Positions 12,646 through 25,078 of a DNA stretch of 64,000 nucleotides are shown one piece after another. The stretch spans positions 4,340,001 through 4,404,000 of the forward strand of contig OZ176053.1 of NCBI GenBank assembly GCA_964247055.1. Reading direction: 5' to 3'. The stretch comes from Paragordius varius (lineage: Eukaryota > Animalia > Nematomorpha). The notes under the pieces are model-generated. The model searched no databases, was not told the origin of the DNA, and saw only the letters and a list, made by a program, of their open reading frames with translations. How positions within the stretch are numbered: position 1 is the stretch's first letter; each line of letters opens with the position of its first letter. The position numbers were made by a program, and so were the translations under genes.

Positions 12646-13539
12646 TATATATCTTTGCAGATGTAACCATTGTTTAGAATAAATTATTATTCTTGATAAA
12701 ACGATATACTTGAGGAGGTTTATAAGAGATTTGGTTTTAAATCACAATTATACCTTAGAAAAACTTTATTTTGAAGATCAAGATCCTATGTATATGAAAA
12801 TTAAATATCGGTACCGTCACCACTAAAATATTGACAGCTGACCCTGTTGTGGTTTATTTTAAGAACCACGTAAAGTTTTACTCTCGAAATTTTGAAAAAG
12901 AGGGTTAAAGATCGAGAAAAAATGTCAAGTTAGGTCAAAATTTGTTTTCTTAAATAAAGAGTTGAATTTAAATGGAAACAAAATAGGCAATCAATAGTGT
13001 TTTAGGTAATAAAATAGAAAATATATGTTTTAGTTAATACATTTACAAAAACTTGCGTTAATATTGGCCATGATTGACACTTTAAAACAATTCCAACCTG
13101 TTCAAAGATACCTTAGATTAAAATTTTTGGTTATAAAAACTATTACGGGCAATAAATTAGTAACCTTTATCTCATATGATAAAAGTCTAATTTTGAGACA
13201 CCAGACTCCAAAAAAACAATTCAAATTGTTGGTTGAACTTTGTTTAAGTGGTATTATTAAACTATGTGTAGTAAGTAAGTATACCATGTGAAAAATATAA
13301 ACTATACTGGTTATATTTTAAACATAGCCAAAGGACCATATTTTATATCAATTTATATTTAATTAATGGGGTGTATGTAGGAATTATTTATTTAATTTTT
13401 ATGAGAGTATTTTTAAATATACTCGTCTCGTATAGTATCATAAATATTTAGTTTAAAACAGTGGTAGCCTAAAAATAACAAAAAATTTTTTAATTCTTAT
13501 TATAAATTTCGGTATTTTCTTACGACAAGCTTTGTTTGA

Positions 13540-13958
13540 CCCTTCGATTCAACTTGGGGTATCTAAATACCCCAGATTAAATTTTAGTTAGGATTTTTAA
13601 AAAACTACTGAAGAAAACGGTCCCAATTTAAATTTATGCTTCTATCCTAATAAAAATTATATAAATATGCCAAAATATCTAAATAAAATTTTGTTTTGAA
13701 ATAAAAGTTCCATGTCAAACTACTTCGACGCCATTTTTATTTTTCAAAATTGTTGCAAAATATCGTCTTCATATATTTGCAAGGGTAAAATTAAAGCAAA
13801 TTTTTTATATCAACTACTTATAAATTTTTTTATATATTTCGGTTTATAAATGTATAAGTGCAAAATTTTGCCATGGTTTCGATTCCTTCCATATTTTTTA
13901 AAGAATTTAATTTTAAACAGGCCTGGGGTATTTAACTACCCCAATTTGAATCGAAGGA
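13540..13958. mobile_element. piggyBac-type MITE (419 bp)
   Basis: ~35-bp TIRs: cccttcgattcaacttggggtatctaaataccccag at left, and the reverse complement of the right end reads tccttcgattcaaattggggtagttaaataccccag. Flanks ttga/ctaa fit a decayed TTAA duplication. Confidence 0.65.
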
Positions 13959-15571
13959 CTAAATGTGTTATATTCAAGTGTTAAAATTATCTTGTGTATA
14001 TAGAAAATGTATGGACTAATATTATAATAATAATAAATTTTTATAAAATTTGACATTGCAATACTTTTGAATGATTATTAAATCTGAAAACCAAAATTTT
14101 AAACATTGGCTCAGGTTAATATAGAAGCAATTCTTAATTAAACCGTGTTCTATAAAAATCTATGAAGGAAGGTTCAACTGTATCATAAAAATCGGATTCT
14201 CAGAAACTTCTAAAACACACTCAAAGTTTGATATATATACTTTTATTGATCCAAATACATCCGTAATTATTAAATATATTAATTTTAAAATTGTTTTATT
14301 TTATCGTCAAAATCCATTTTTTGGCCAAAAATATACACATAAATCATAACAAAACTTTTAAGTATTTTTAGATTTTATTTTCTTTCATAAAAACAGATAT
14401 TTTTGTATAAATTTATAATAACAAAACGGTCATAAAAATATGGCAAATATTGAAAAAAAAATTAAAACTTTTTTAAAAGAAACACCAGCTAATAGATATT
14501 AAAAATGAATGTTATGTATGGTGTTATTGCCAAAATATGACATTTTATAGTTTCTTTGATGTCTTCCATTTATACGAACAAAAAAAGTATATAATTCGAA
14601 AACAACCATTTTTTACCTGGCAGCCTAACACACAATTAATTATATTTTAAATAAAAAAGGATTCTTTGATGATTATATATATATGGTATATACTTTGATT
14701 CTTAGAAACACAAAAGTTTTAAAAAACTCTTTTTTTTCAATGTTTTTGTTTGGTAAAACTGCTCTCCAAAAAAACTTGGTAGATGTTTCTTTTTCTTATA
14801 ATAGGTATATGACATAAAAAATTGTTTTTTTATGGTCGAGGTGGAGTTAATTTAATATATTATAATTTTTGTTACTACAAGATATATATATATATATAAT
14901 TATTTTATGCATATATATATATATAAATAGTTTAATTTATGCGAAAAGATGATACAATATTAAATTTTTGTAAGAAAAAAGGACAAAAATGTAAAACACA
15001 CCGTATCTTATATATTAACCGCAAATAAGGTATTTAAGTTGACGCCAACCGTCTTCACTTGCACACTATAACAAAGAAAATAATTATACAAAAATAATTT
15101 GTTTCAAAAGATGTGTGTCTTTTGTTTATCTTTATCATCTCTAATACTTTTAGCTTCTATCCTCTATCAATTATAATATTTATTTAACATTTCATTAGAT
15201 TTGGTGTAATTTTTACCCTAGCTCGATATTTAAATCAAATATCTTAAAAAATTGGGCCGAACCTACAAATATGAACTCTATGGCCCTTTAGGATAAATAC
15301 AAAAAAATAATTTTTAAAAAATATGGAATTTCAAAAAATTGTTCCAAAATCTTCCCACCAATTTTAAAATTTTTGGTCTAATCGCTAATAGTGGGTATTA
15401 CAACGTATTGGGCTAATATAAACTATAACTTTAAAATGTTTTTTATTATTTGACAGCAAATTTTCGGAGTTCACAATTAGCGTTTCCGTTGGATGAAATT
15501 GCTAACCAAACTTTTATTATTTAGAAATTATTAAAGTTTAAAAAAACTGAAGCTTTTTTATCTCATATATA

Positions 15572-16699
15572 CCAGGTGTCATAAGTCAATGCTGGTTTGA
15601 CGAAGGGAAGTGTCAGTGGAAATATGCAGACAATGAATTTGACACATACCCTATTTTACTCATCTTATAAGTACGCCAAAAGGTAGAATCTTGTTTTTAT
15701 GATTTAATGATCATATCGAATTTCGATCCTGAAAAAGAACATTTGCGGCACGCATTTCTTTTCTTATTCCATCCTAAGAAAGAGGCTAGTGAGAGTATCA
15801 TTTTATGAAAAAAACATATGAGGAACTTCCATCGATTAAAACATGTGAAAATAATTGGCGAATAAAAGTTGTAATAATGCGAAAGGTGGTCGCTTAGTCA
15901 TACTCAACTGCGAAAACAATAAAGTGAAGATATATTTTTGGGCAATACATGTATTACAGAACAAAACAATCCTTAGATGTCTACGAAGAATGGAAAATAT
16001 AAACTAGGAAAATGAGTTTCGCACAATATGAATGAACGTCAAATGGAAAATCAAAAGTGGCTTGTAAAATCCTCGTTTACACGAAATAAAATCATTCATC
16101 GGGCTGTGACGGGCGGTGGAAAGTGGGTTAATTTCATAAATCCATGGTAGATATAATCGTGGCTTTCAGCCAAGCGGTCCATCAATACCAAGGCCAAATG
16201 GCTTGGTGATATGCTCTATCCATGTCTTGTGCGACCAGAGTGGTACTATATATTATAAAGTTATGAAGTCCGATGAAACCGTTAATACACAACGTTATCA
16301 CCAACAATGGATTTATTTAAACCATGCATTAATCGAAAAACGACCTGAATGGGCCATAAGATATGGCAAAGTGATATTAAAACAAAGCGAAAGACGCTTT
16401 TAAATTTCTTCAAAGTATTCTTCCGCATCCGCTGTATGACCTAAAGCTATCGGGCTATATTTGCATCAATGGGACACACGAGCGCAGAGCAGAACCAATA
16501 ATTTTGCAGACGTTTAAAAATGGCTTGAAAATGATTTGCCGCAAATCGGATTTTCTGGCTAGGTTTTTCTATATTTCCTGAGATGGGTTAAATGCGAAAA
16601 GCCGATGGACAATATCTTGTATAAAATAACTAATTCTTTTCCCATCAAAATTACGTACTTTTTATCAAAAAAGCGGTAAAAACTCATGACTACACCTGT
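15572..16699 (+). mobile_element. Degenerate Mos1-like mariner, copy 1 (transposase pseudogene)
   Basis: Ends TA-CCAGGTGT... and ...TACACCTG resemble Mos1 TIRs. Broken translation GK*VSHNMNERQME and CDQSGTIYYKVMKSDETVNTQRYHQQWIYLNHALIEKRPEW matches Mos1 WVPHELNERQME and WDQSGVIYYELLKPGETVNTARYQQQLINLNRALQRKRPEY. Contains stops and frameshifts. Confidence 0.85.
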
Positions 16700-18489
16700 T
16701 GTAATGTTAAATAGTTAGCATAATCATCTTTTCTAATATTTCTGCCTTTATATATGGCAATAAGGTAAAGATATTACAGCTAACTTATTAAGGAAAGTCA
16801 CGAAAATTTTTTGCTATTTTTTATATATCACAAATTCAAAATAATCATGACCAATCTCTTATTCAAATTCGGAAGTTGATGTAAAACTTAAACTATTAGA
16901 TAATTTTTTTATTTAAGCTTTATATCACGCATTTTGTACAGTATTGCTTAAATAAAAAATCTTTTTTAGAGACGAATATCTATTATAAATATTATGTATG
17001 GAAGTATTATGGTTTTCAAAATATAGCATATCTTTTGCTGTTGGCTACTTGTTAATAATATTTTTGAGCAAATCAATTTGCGCTGTTTTTTTGTTATTTG
17101 ATTCAATATGTTTGTGCTTTTAATAACAGCTTAAAAATTATAGTAAACCACGAGGTGATAGTTATATTTGTATAAACCGAAGTCTTCTTTTTCGAAAGTA
17201 TTGGCCATAAAGTCATCATTTTTAGTAAAAAAGTATTGTTTGCGCTGTATACTCGTTTTCAAGGTGTTATCATATTAACCGATAATTAATAGTTTTTAGC
17301 TCTATTTCATGTAAACAGATATGCTAACAATGTAAGATACTCCTGACAGAATATTTTTTAAAAAAACTTAGTTTTTTTTGTTTAAAGAGTTCGGACTTTT
17401 GTGTAATTAGACCATAAAAGCTTAAAATTCTCACCACCCCAAGGGGTGAGACGATCAATACAAATAATAAGTGAAATATTTCGAAAAAATATATGACAAC
17501 AGTCTAATCATCAATATCGATATATTAAAATGTTTCATTAACCAAAAACTACAATTAATGACACCCCCTTTTTCATATGAAAAAATGATTTTTTTAGCCA
17601 AAACCAGTGGATGTTCTTAAACGACCACGCATGTAGACCATTTAGCTTTAGATTCGTGGAAACTGATTTTTAACTTTTTTAATTTTTTGGTTACTAAATA
17701 TTTGGCTAAATAAAATTAAATACTATACATATTATTAATGGACAACTGTTTTTTGCTAGAAGCGACATATAAATTAGGCGTTTCATGATAGTTAAGAAGA
17801 TTTACACTACATAAAATAATATGAAATAAATTGAATCCAACCATGTATAAAATCTTTTTAAATACATATATACTTTACACATAATATGATTTATGATTTT
17901 ACTAGACTTACACAAAACATAAAAGGATACCACAAAAATTGAATATAAAAAAGACAAAAAAAATGTAAATTCTTTTGTCTTATATATGTATATCAAAGAG
18001 ATATACATCAAAGAACAATTTTTAAAAAATCGAAAAAAAACGTTTTAAATTTAGGTATCACAAATAAATGTTTTTAAGTCGACCGGACTTTTAAAAAAAT
18101 CGTATGTCTCTATCTTCATAATTAATATTATATAGATATAGGCCATGATAAAACTTGTATAATAGTAAATGGTCCAGTTCATTAGCGACAAATTTCGTTC
18201 ACATTATTTGTGTGACAATAAGAGGTGAAAATTAATCTTCATTGTATATTTAGTAGTTTGTATGTGCATCTTCTGGCATGTCGCCAATAGCGTTGTTAAA
18301 TATAATTTGGAGTTGTTACCAACTAATAAAAAGGTGCATTACTATGGTGATGCAAAAATTCAATTTTAACAAAAAATGACTAAGCCGTATCCAAAACTAA
18401 GATAAAAAAAGGCCCAATTATCACTTTTACCTTAATATTTCATGGTCTTAAAAGTTTTCCATTGATTTTAAATATACAGTTAAAAGTCT

Positions 18490-18645
18490 TTTTTTCCTTT
18501 TTTTATATTAAAGGGTAAGGACTTAAATTGCATCCGGACATGCGAAGGTCTTAACACTCGCCTGCCCAGGGCTGACAGTGATGATGGAAAAAATGCGTAG
18601 TTTCGGGGTTCGAACTCTGGCACCTAGTGTAAGAGTCCGGCGCCG
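18490..18645 (-). mobile_element. Probable tRNA-derived SINE, 5'-truncated copy
   Basis: Reverse complement aligns over ~150 bp with 38530-38670. Intact B-box GAGTTCGAACCCC and an A-rich 3' tail. Confidence 0.55.
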
Positions 18646-20520
18646 ATTTTAAAAATTATATTTAAGTCCTGGCTTTTTGCGAAAATGCTAATTTTACGCG
18701 GGGTGACCTGACAACTTTCAACTATGTTCATTTAAAAATGTATAAAGTAATTGTAATATTTTATTCGAATAGGCGTGCGTTCATTACGTTTTCCATAAAA
18801 TTTCTTCCTAAGCCAACTAGCCTTACATTTTTTTAAAATTTATACTAGATGATCAAATGTTGTAAATTAGGAATCTATTAATTTTGATAGTAGATATATC
18901 TAAATAATTAGATATAATCGCAATTAATTACATTTTATTTGTGTTGTTTTTAGATTAAAACTAAAGATATGATTAATTATTATGACAAATAATGATCCTT
19001 TTTTCAAGGTCAATTAATTTTTGATAAATATATGTGGCAGTTTTGGATATTTAATCTATTTTAGATATAAAGTTGATAATTATTATTAACTTGTATTATG
19101 ATATCTAGGTTTGGGCTTTTTACAAATTCCATCTTTTTCATCTTTGTTAATGATAAATCATTTTTTAAGAAATATATGAACTTGAATTATTTTGTCTGAT
19201 GCCAATATAGAAATTACCCATCAATAGATTTGGTTATAATAGGTTTTACTGCAAATCACAATTTTCTTAACTAATACTAAATCTAAGCTTGACTCAATTC
19301 TTTTGATTTTGCCATTTATCATTGGGTTGTAAGGAATAATTAGACGTGTAATAAAAACAACAAGCCTGCCCACAAATTAGTAATAAAGCACATTATTATG
19401 GCAATCAAAATAATGGTTGATTAAAAAAATTGATTTCTAAAGTATCCATTTTATTTGCCTATAACAAAAGATTTAGATTTTTATTTTATTTGGTGCCATA
19501 CTGTATTCATTTCCTTATTCGAACTAAAATTGATTAATCCGCATAATCAATTAAAAAGTTCTGAATGTTAAGATATATATACAGGTAAGACATCTCTAAA
19601 ACTGAATCAACGATGGGAATAATAAATATTACAAATTTATTTCTTGTGTGAAGGATTTATTATATTTATGTTTGAAATTATTTAGATAACTATTTTATTA
19701 GGAATAAAGCTAATCGCCCAAAACAGCTTTAAGTTATTATTTTTAACACTGTATGCCTACCGATAATAATTAATAAATATTAGAGTTCATGATTTTGTTT
19801 TTCAAGTGTTTTTATCCTTCATAAAGTGTATAAAACATTTTAGCATATAACCGCCATCCGAATATTCTACAAATCACAATTTATAATTGAGTATTAAATC
19901 CAATTTACTTTAGGCTACTGACTATATAAACAAATTAAAAAAAACTACGTCTGCCCAATTTAATACTAAATTAGAGAAGAAGAGTTAGTCCACAACGGTA
20001 GATTTATACAGATCTAGATAGCGTCTGCGGTGTGAATATTGTCTAAAAATAATCCAATAAAAACCCCTTTTTATATTTAAATATATGAGGTGGCCTATGA
20101 TTATAGGGTCATAGTGGTACATTGTTTTATAACAATTAAATAAACATTCCTACCAAATTATTTTACGGTGTATTAGTCAGTAGCATTCTTAAATTAGTAA
20201 AATGCCATAAAATTGGTTGTTAAACTCGATAACTTTTAATCACATTAACAAATATAAAACTAAAATCTTATAGCCATGAAAGCTATTTGTTAAGCTATAG
20301 GATATTTCCCAAACCCATTTAAGGTGTATATGGCCATTATTTCTTCTGCCAATAATTACTAATTTGTTAACATCTAAATAATTTATAAACAATCAGACAC
20401 AATGTATAGAATAATTACAATATAATTACAATCAATGTGTCTGAAAGTCAAATTATTTATCTAATAACTATCAAATCTTAATATAAACTAATATAATGGT
20501 TGGTTATTTATTTATATTGA

Positions 20521-20545
20521 TATATATATATATATATATATATAT
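20521..20545. repeat. (TA)n microsatellite
   Basis: About 12 perfect TA units. Confidence 0.95.
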
Positions 20546-21995
20546 TGTGTCTTCAACAAATTATTTGTTAATGCATTTGTTCAATAAATCATATTTATTT
20601 TAAGGCTCACGATTAAGGTTTTGTTTTTTGAAACTTTTTTCTATCTTCTTGCATAAGGTTAACTTAACAATAATTGCTTAATATTTATATATTAATATAT
20701 AATTTTTTTTCTTATAGTCATAATGTTAATTCATAAATATTACATAAGATTTCGCCATTAGGTACCAAATATTTTATAATATGTCTTAATTAGGCTAAAT
20801 TAATGGAAAATAAATTTTTCAACCATCTCATTTAAATCAGTATAAACATTATACCATACGATATTTTTATTTCACTGAGTTAATAACTGAGTTTTTGTGA
20901 GGTACGATGGTAATGAAAACTTTAAAATACTTACATTGGCCTTTTTTAATTGGGGTTAGAATAATTTCAAGCCACATATAAATAGGGTTATGTGATAATC
21001 CTGCATATCTTCACAATAAATGGATTAATTATATATGATAATTTTAAAAAGTGCTATGAAATTATTATAAACCAATAGTAATATTTTTACAAGGAGGAAT
21101 CCTTAAAAGAAAGGTGAAGATATTAACCAGTATTAAGTTACTTTAGGGGGTGTAACCGGATTGTCCTGCGTAACTGACACCAGTTGCTTTCAAAAATTTG
21201 ATTAAGTAACGGTCTCTTCTAATTTGAAACCCAATTTGGTTTAAAAATTATAATTTCATAATACAAACTTTTGTTCTATCATAAAATTTATCAGAAATGA
21301 TTTACAATAAATTATATTAAAATAATATTTCATTTAAAAATTTGTATAAATTTATGGAAAAGTGAGTTGACTTTAAGTTTTATAATGCATTTTGATTTTG
21401 AATGAAACAACCATTATTATTATAATGTTATATACACTAAATCCATAAAATTTAGAACGTTAACCGATTATATTATTAAAGAACCTAAAAGAAAACCACA
21501 AGCTTCGTAAATAAATCGAATACGAGTTCAAAACCCAGTTTTAGTAATTTTTTTATATTTTTAAGTAGTTGATGACTTTTTTTGGGTTAAAATAATCAGA
21601 GCATATGCTGTTCAATTATTTTTAGTCATTAATTTGTCAGGCGCTAGGAAAGTTCCCAAAAACGGTTTTTTTCAACTGGTTCCATGTTATGATGAAATTA
21701 AAATGTTTTTGGCGCTCTAAAAACCCAAGGAATCATTTCAAAGGTAGTATATAAAAAGCAAATTTTTATAATTATTTTGCAAAGTTTAAAACCACCGTTT
21801 GATTTCCTTATTATCATACTTCATTTAGTCATTTATAAAAATGCAAATATCTTGGTGAATTCATGTTACTAAAAGTGTAATATACAGTAAATTATATTGG
21901 GTATTTGCTTTTTTCGCGCTTCATAATTTATATCTTTTAATTGGCTATGCCTTATTTTAGTAACTAATTATCTGCTTAGTGTTAAGGTTGACATA

Positions 21996-22955
21996 TCAGT
22001 TGTAGTCATAGATTATTACCGATTCAACTAGGAAAAGATGTTAGCAAAAAGTACGCAGTTGATTTATTTGATCTTAACCCATTTTGTCAATCTTACATTT
22101 TACTACAAACACACACAAATTGAGTTCGTATAAAACGGGCGCCTTATTTTTATCATTCAGTAATGAGGTCGAGTTTTATGCCCGAAAAGAAATATTTGCA
22201 GCACGCATTGCCATCAGAAGAAAAATGTTAAAAATGCTGGCTGAAACATATGTTGGACATATTCTATAGAATAACACATGTGAAACATGGTTTTGCAATA
22301 TTAAAAGTTGTGATTTAATGTGAAATGTTTTGGCGGTAGACCACACAATTGCAAAAACGATCAAGTGTACGTTATTCAATAATGACCAAACTCACTCAAC
22401 AATTGGCAAAAATCCGGTTCAGCACTCGTGCCGAATAACTTCGCAAAAAGACTGCGCTCTGTGTCTGATGGGATCAGAGCGATATTTTTATGATCAACTT
22501 TTGTAACCCGTTGAAGCAGTTAATACACAACGCTATAGCCAACAAATAATAAAAGAGCATTAATAAAAACGACCGGAATCGACCAAATAACATGGCAAAG
22601 TTATATTGCTACATGGCAAGCACCGTTTTGCACTTCACCATTGAAAGTCACCTTAAAATCGCTTCGATGGGAAATTCTTTCGCATCCGCAGTACTTTCCT
22701 GGCATGGCATCATCTGACTAATGCAACTTCATAATCATGCATCCTAGCAGAGCGGCACTTCAATAATTTTGTAGACGTTAAATGGCTTGATGAATGGGTC
22801 GTAAAAGACAATCAGTTTTTCTTGTACAGCATTCATATATTACATAAGAGATGTGTGTGGAAGTAAATGCACAATATTTTGAATCGAATTAATAATTGAT
22901 TTTTCAAAATTCACGTTTTCACAAAAAAATCGGAAAAAATTTATGACTTTACCTA
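21996..22955 (+). mobile_element. Degenerate Mos1-like mariner, copy 2 (internally deleted)
   Basis: TIRs match the right end of copy 1 (CAG.TGTAGTCAT...TTACCG). Remnants SFMPEK, MLAETYVGHIL*NNTCETWF (Mos1 N-terminal HTH) and CV*WDQS. A large central deletion joins the HTH region to the catalytic region. Confidence 0.8.
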
Positions 22956-25078
22956 TATGATAAATTTAAATCTTTTTTAATGCAGAAAATGATATTAAAG
23001 TTTGTTTGGTGTCGATTGGTTTTTTATGCAATAAAAAGTAAATTTGTTAATACAATCAAACCCACCTAATATTACAAATAAACAAACTTAAAGTTTTAGC
23101 GGTGTTTTACAGAATTAGAATTGGCCTCAGTTCTTCATGGTAAGCACATCGTCCGGTTCTCAACAATTGAAATTGGTTAAATTTTTATAAAATTTTGTTA
23201 GCTGAGGTGGAAGGAAAAAAATCAATACTCAATTGAAAAAAAACCAAATTTATTGAATATAAACGCTATAACTGGTATATTTATATATCGAAATAATTTA
23301 ACGTTTTACAATAAAATCCTATCCATTGAAATTAAAACCTGGTCTAAATAAGAAAAAAAAGATATGCAGAATAAGTCAATACTTTTTTATCTCATATCGC
23401 TTATACTGTTTGATATCTAATTAAAAGTGTCGGGTTAATCTATTATATTAGTTTCGCTTACACTAAATTCGTTACTTTTGTTTTAATTTTTGACATTATG
23501 AATAATGACCCTTTTCGGCAATAATATAACCAAATTATTAAAAAACCTATAAACGATATCATAAATTGGAATATATTTATGATAGATCATACGTATGAAA
23601 TGTTATTATATCTCCTTTTATATAATCCAAAAGCTAAAATTACAATTGTACATTAAAGCAATTTCCTTGACAAATACACTAACTTTCCCTTAATAATTAT
23701 ATCTATTAATCTGCATATTATTAAAGAGTGAATAGGATTAATTTGACTAAATTTGTATATATTATAATAATGAGCATATCTTTGATTTTATCAAAAGTTT
23801 GTTTTGTTCCGTTTGGATATACATATAGAAAAGTAATGACCCTACTCTGACTTTGTCCAACTATATCAACCAATTTTAAAGCAATTAGTTTAACTACCAT
23901 AGCACTGTTTCTATCTCAGAAAGAAAGATTTATTGGTAGATTAAAAAATTATTTATTAGATTAATATTTGGATTATTAATACCTCATAAGTTAGATGATC
24001 TGAAAAAAACTTTGCTTTAACCATATTTTTTAGCTAAAAAATAATAAGTACTTAATATCCTATTTTATAATTATTTATATTATATGCAAGATTGGACAAA
24101 TAATATAGCAAATAATTAAAAATTATTATAATATATTATAATTATTATATTAAAGTAAGTATCTATCAGATAGTATTAGATAAAAACAGAAAGAAAGATT
24201 TAAAATGTATGGTAATATATGTAATTTATTTATTTATTAGTTAGTTGATTTAGTAAATCCACATTGGCTTTCTCATACATGCACTACATTTGAATATATA
24301 ATTATTCTAATGATTCTTATATCCACTCTTGAAAAAAAACTAATAAATATCATTATAATATTCGTAATATTTCTATCTAGCCAGTCCGTTTCTATATAAG
24401 CGAAGAAAAAACTAAATATATTAAAAAAATAATCCAAACAAATTTATTCTGTTATATCTTTTATTTATGTATGTAATCTATTTAGTTTAAACCTTAAAAT
24501 TGGAAATGTTTGTGGTTATAGAAGAGCAATTTTTTTATTGTTAAAAATGTATGAGGAAAATATTATAATATATGTTAACAATGGATGTATATCAATCTAT
24601 ATGAAAAAAATAAATATTAGTCCTTATTTTATTTAAACCAATTTAATGTAATGAACTAGGTATAACCGTTATCTAAAATATTCCAAAAAATAAATTACAT
24701 TTTTTTAATATAAAGTTTTATTCAATTATTCATATATGTATACCAAAATTTTATATATAAACCTGTAATAATAGTATATAAATTTAAATAATTCATACCA
24801 AATATTTAAGATTCAGTTCTTATGTTTGAATCTAAAAATGGAATACTCAAAAATAATAATTCATAAAATATTTTAAACTCCAAATTTATTTACAATAGGT
24901 AATTTATTAAAATTAAAAAAACATTACATAGCCAGTATTCATGGTGTTTGTTTTAGTGTTGTTATTTGCGCCGTTACAAAACAACAAACATATATAATAT
25001 TGTAATAAGATAAAATAATTATATAAATATATTATAAAAAAATATATTTTTTAAAGTTTTCCCCAAAAATTATTTATT

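Noticed and set aside
13034-13291. Overlapping ORFs on both strands with splice-like ends
   Set aside because: No recognisable homology, and several ORFs of this length are expected by chance.
18490-18645. Hammerhead ribozyme in the SINE, by analogy with schistosome Sm-alpha
   Set aside because: The CUGANGA core and required stems are absent (CTGACAG and CTGATAG in the two copies).
23113-23139. 27-nt plus-strand segment with ttttacag and gtaagc boundaries
   Set aside because: No partner exons were found and such motifs are frequent by chance.
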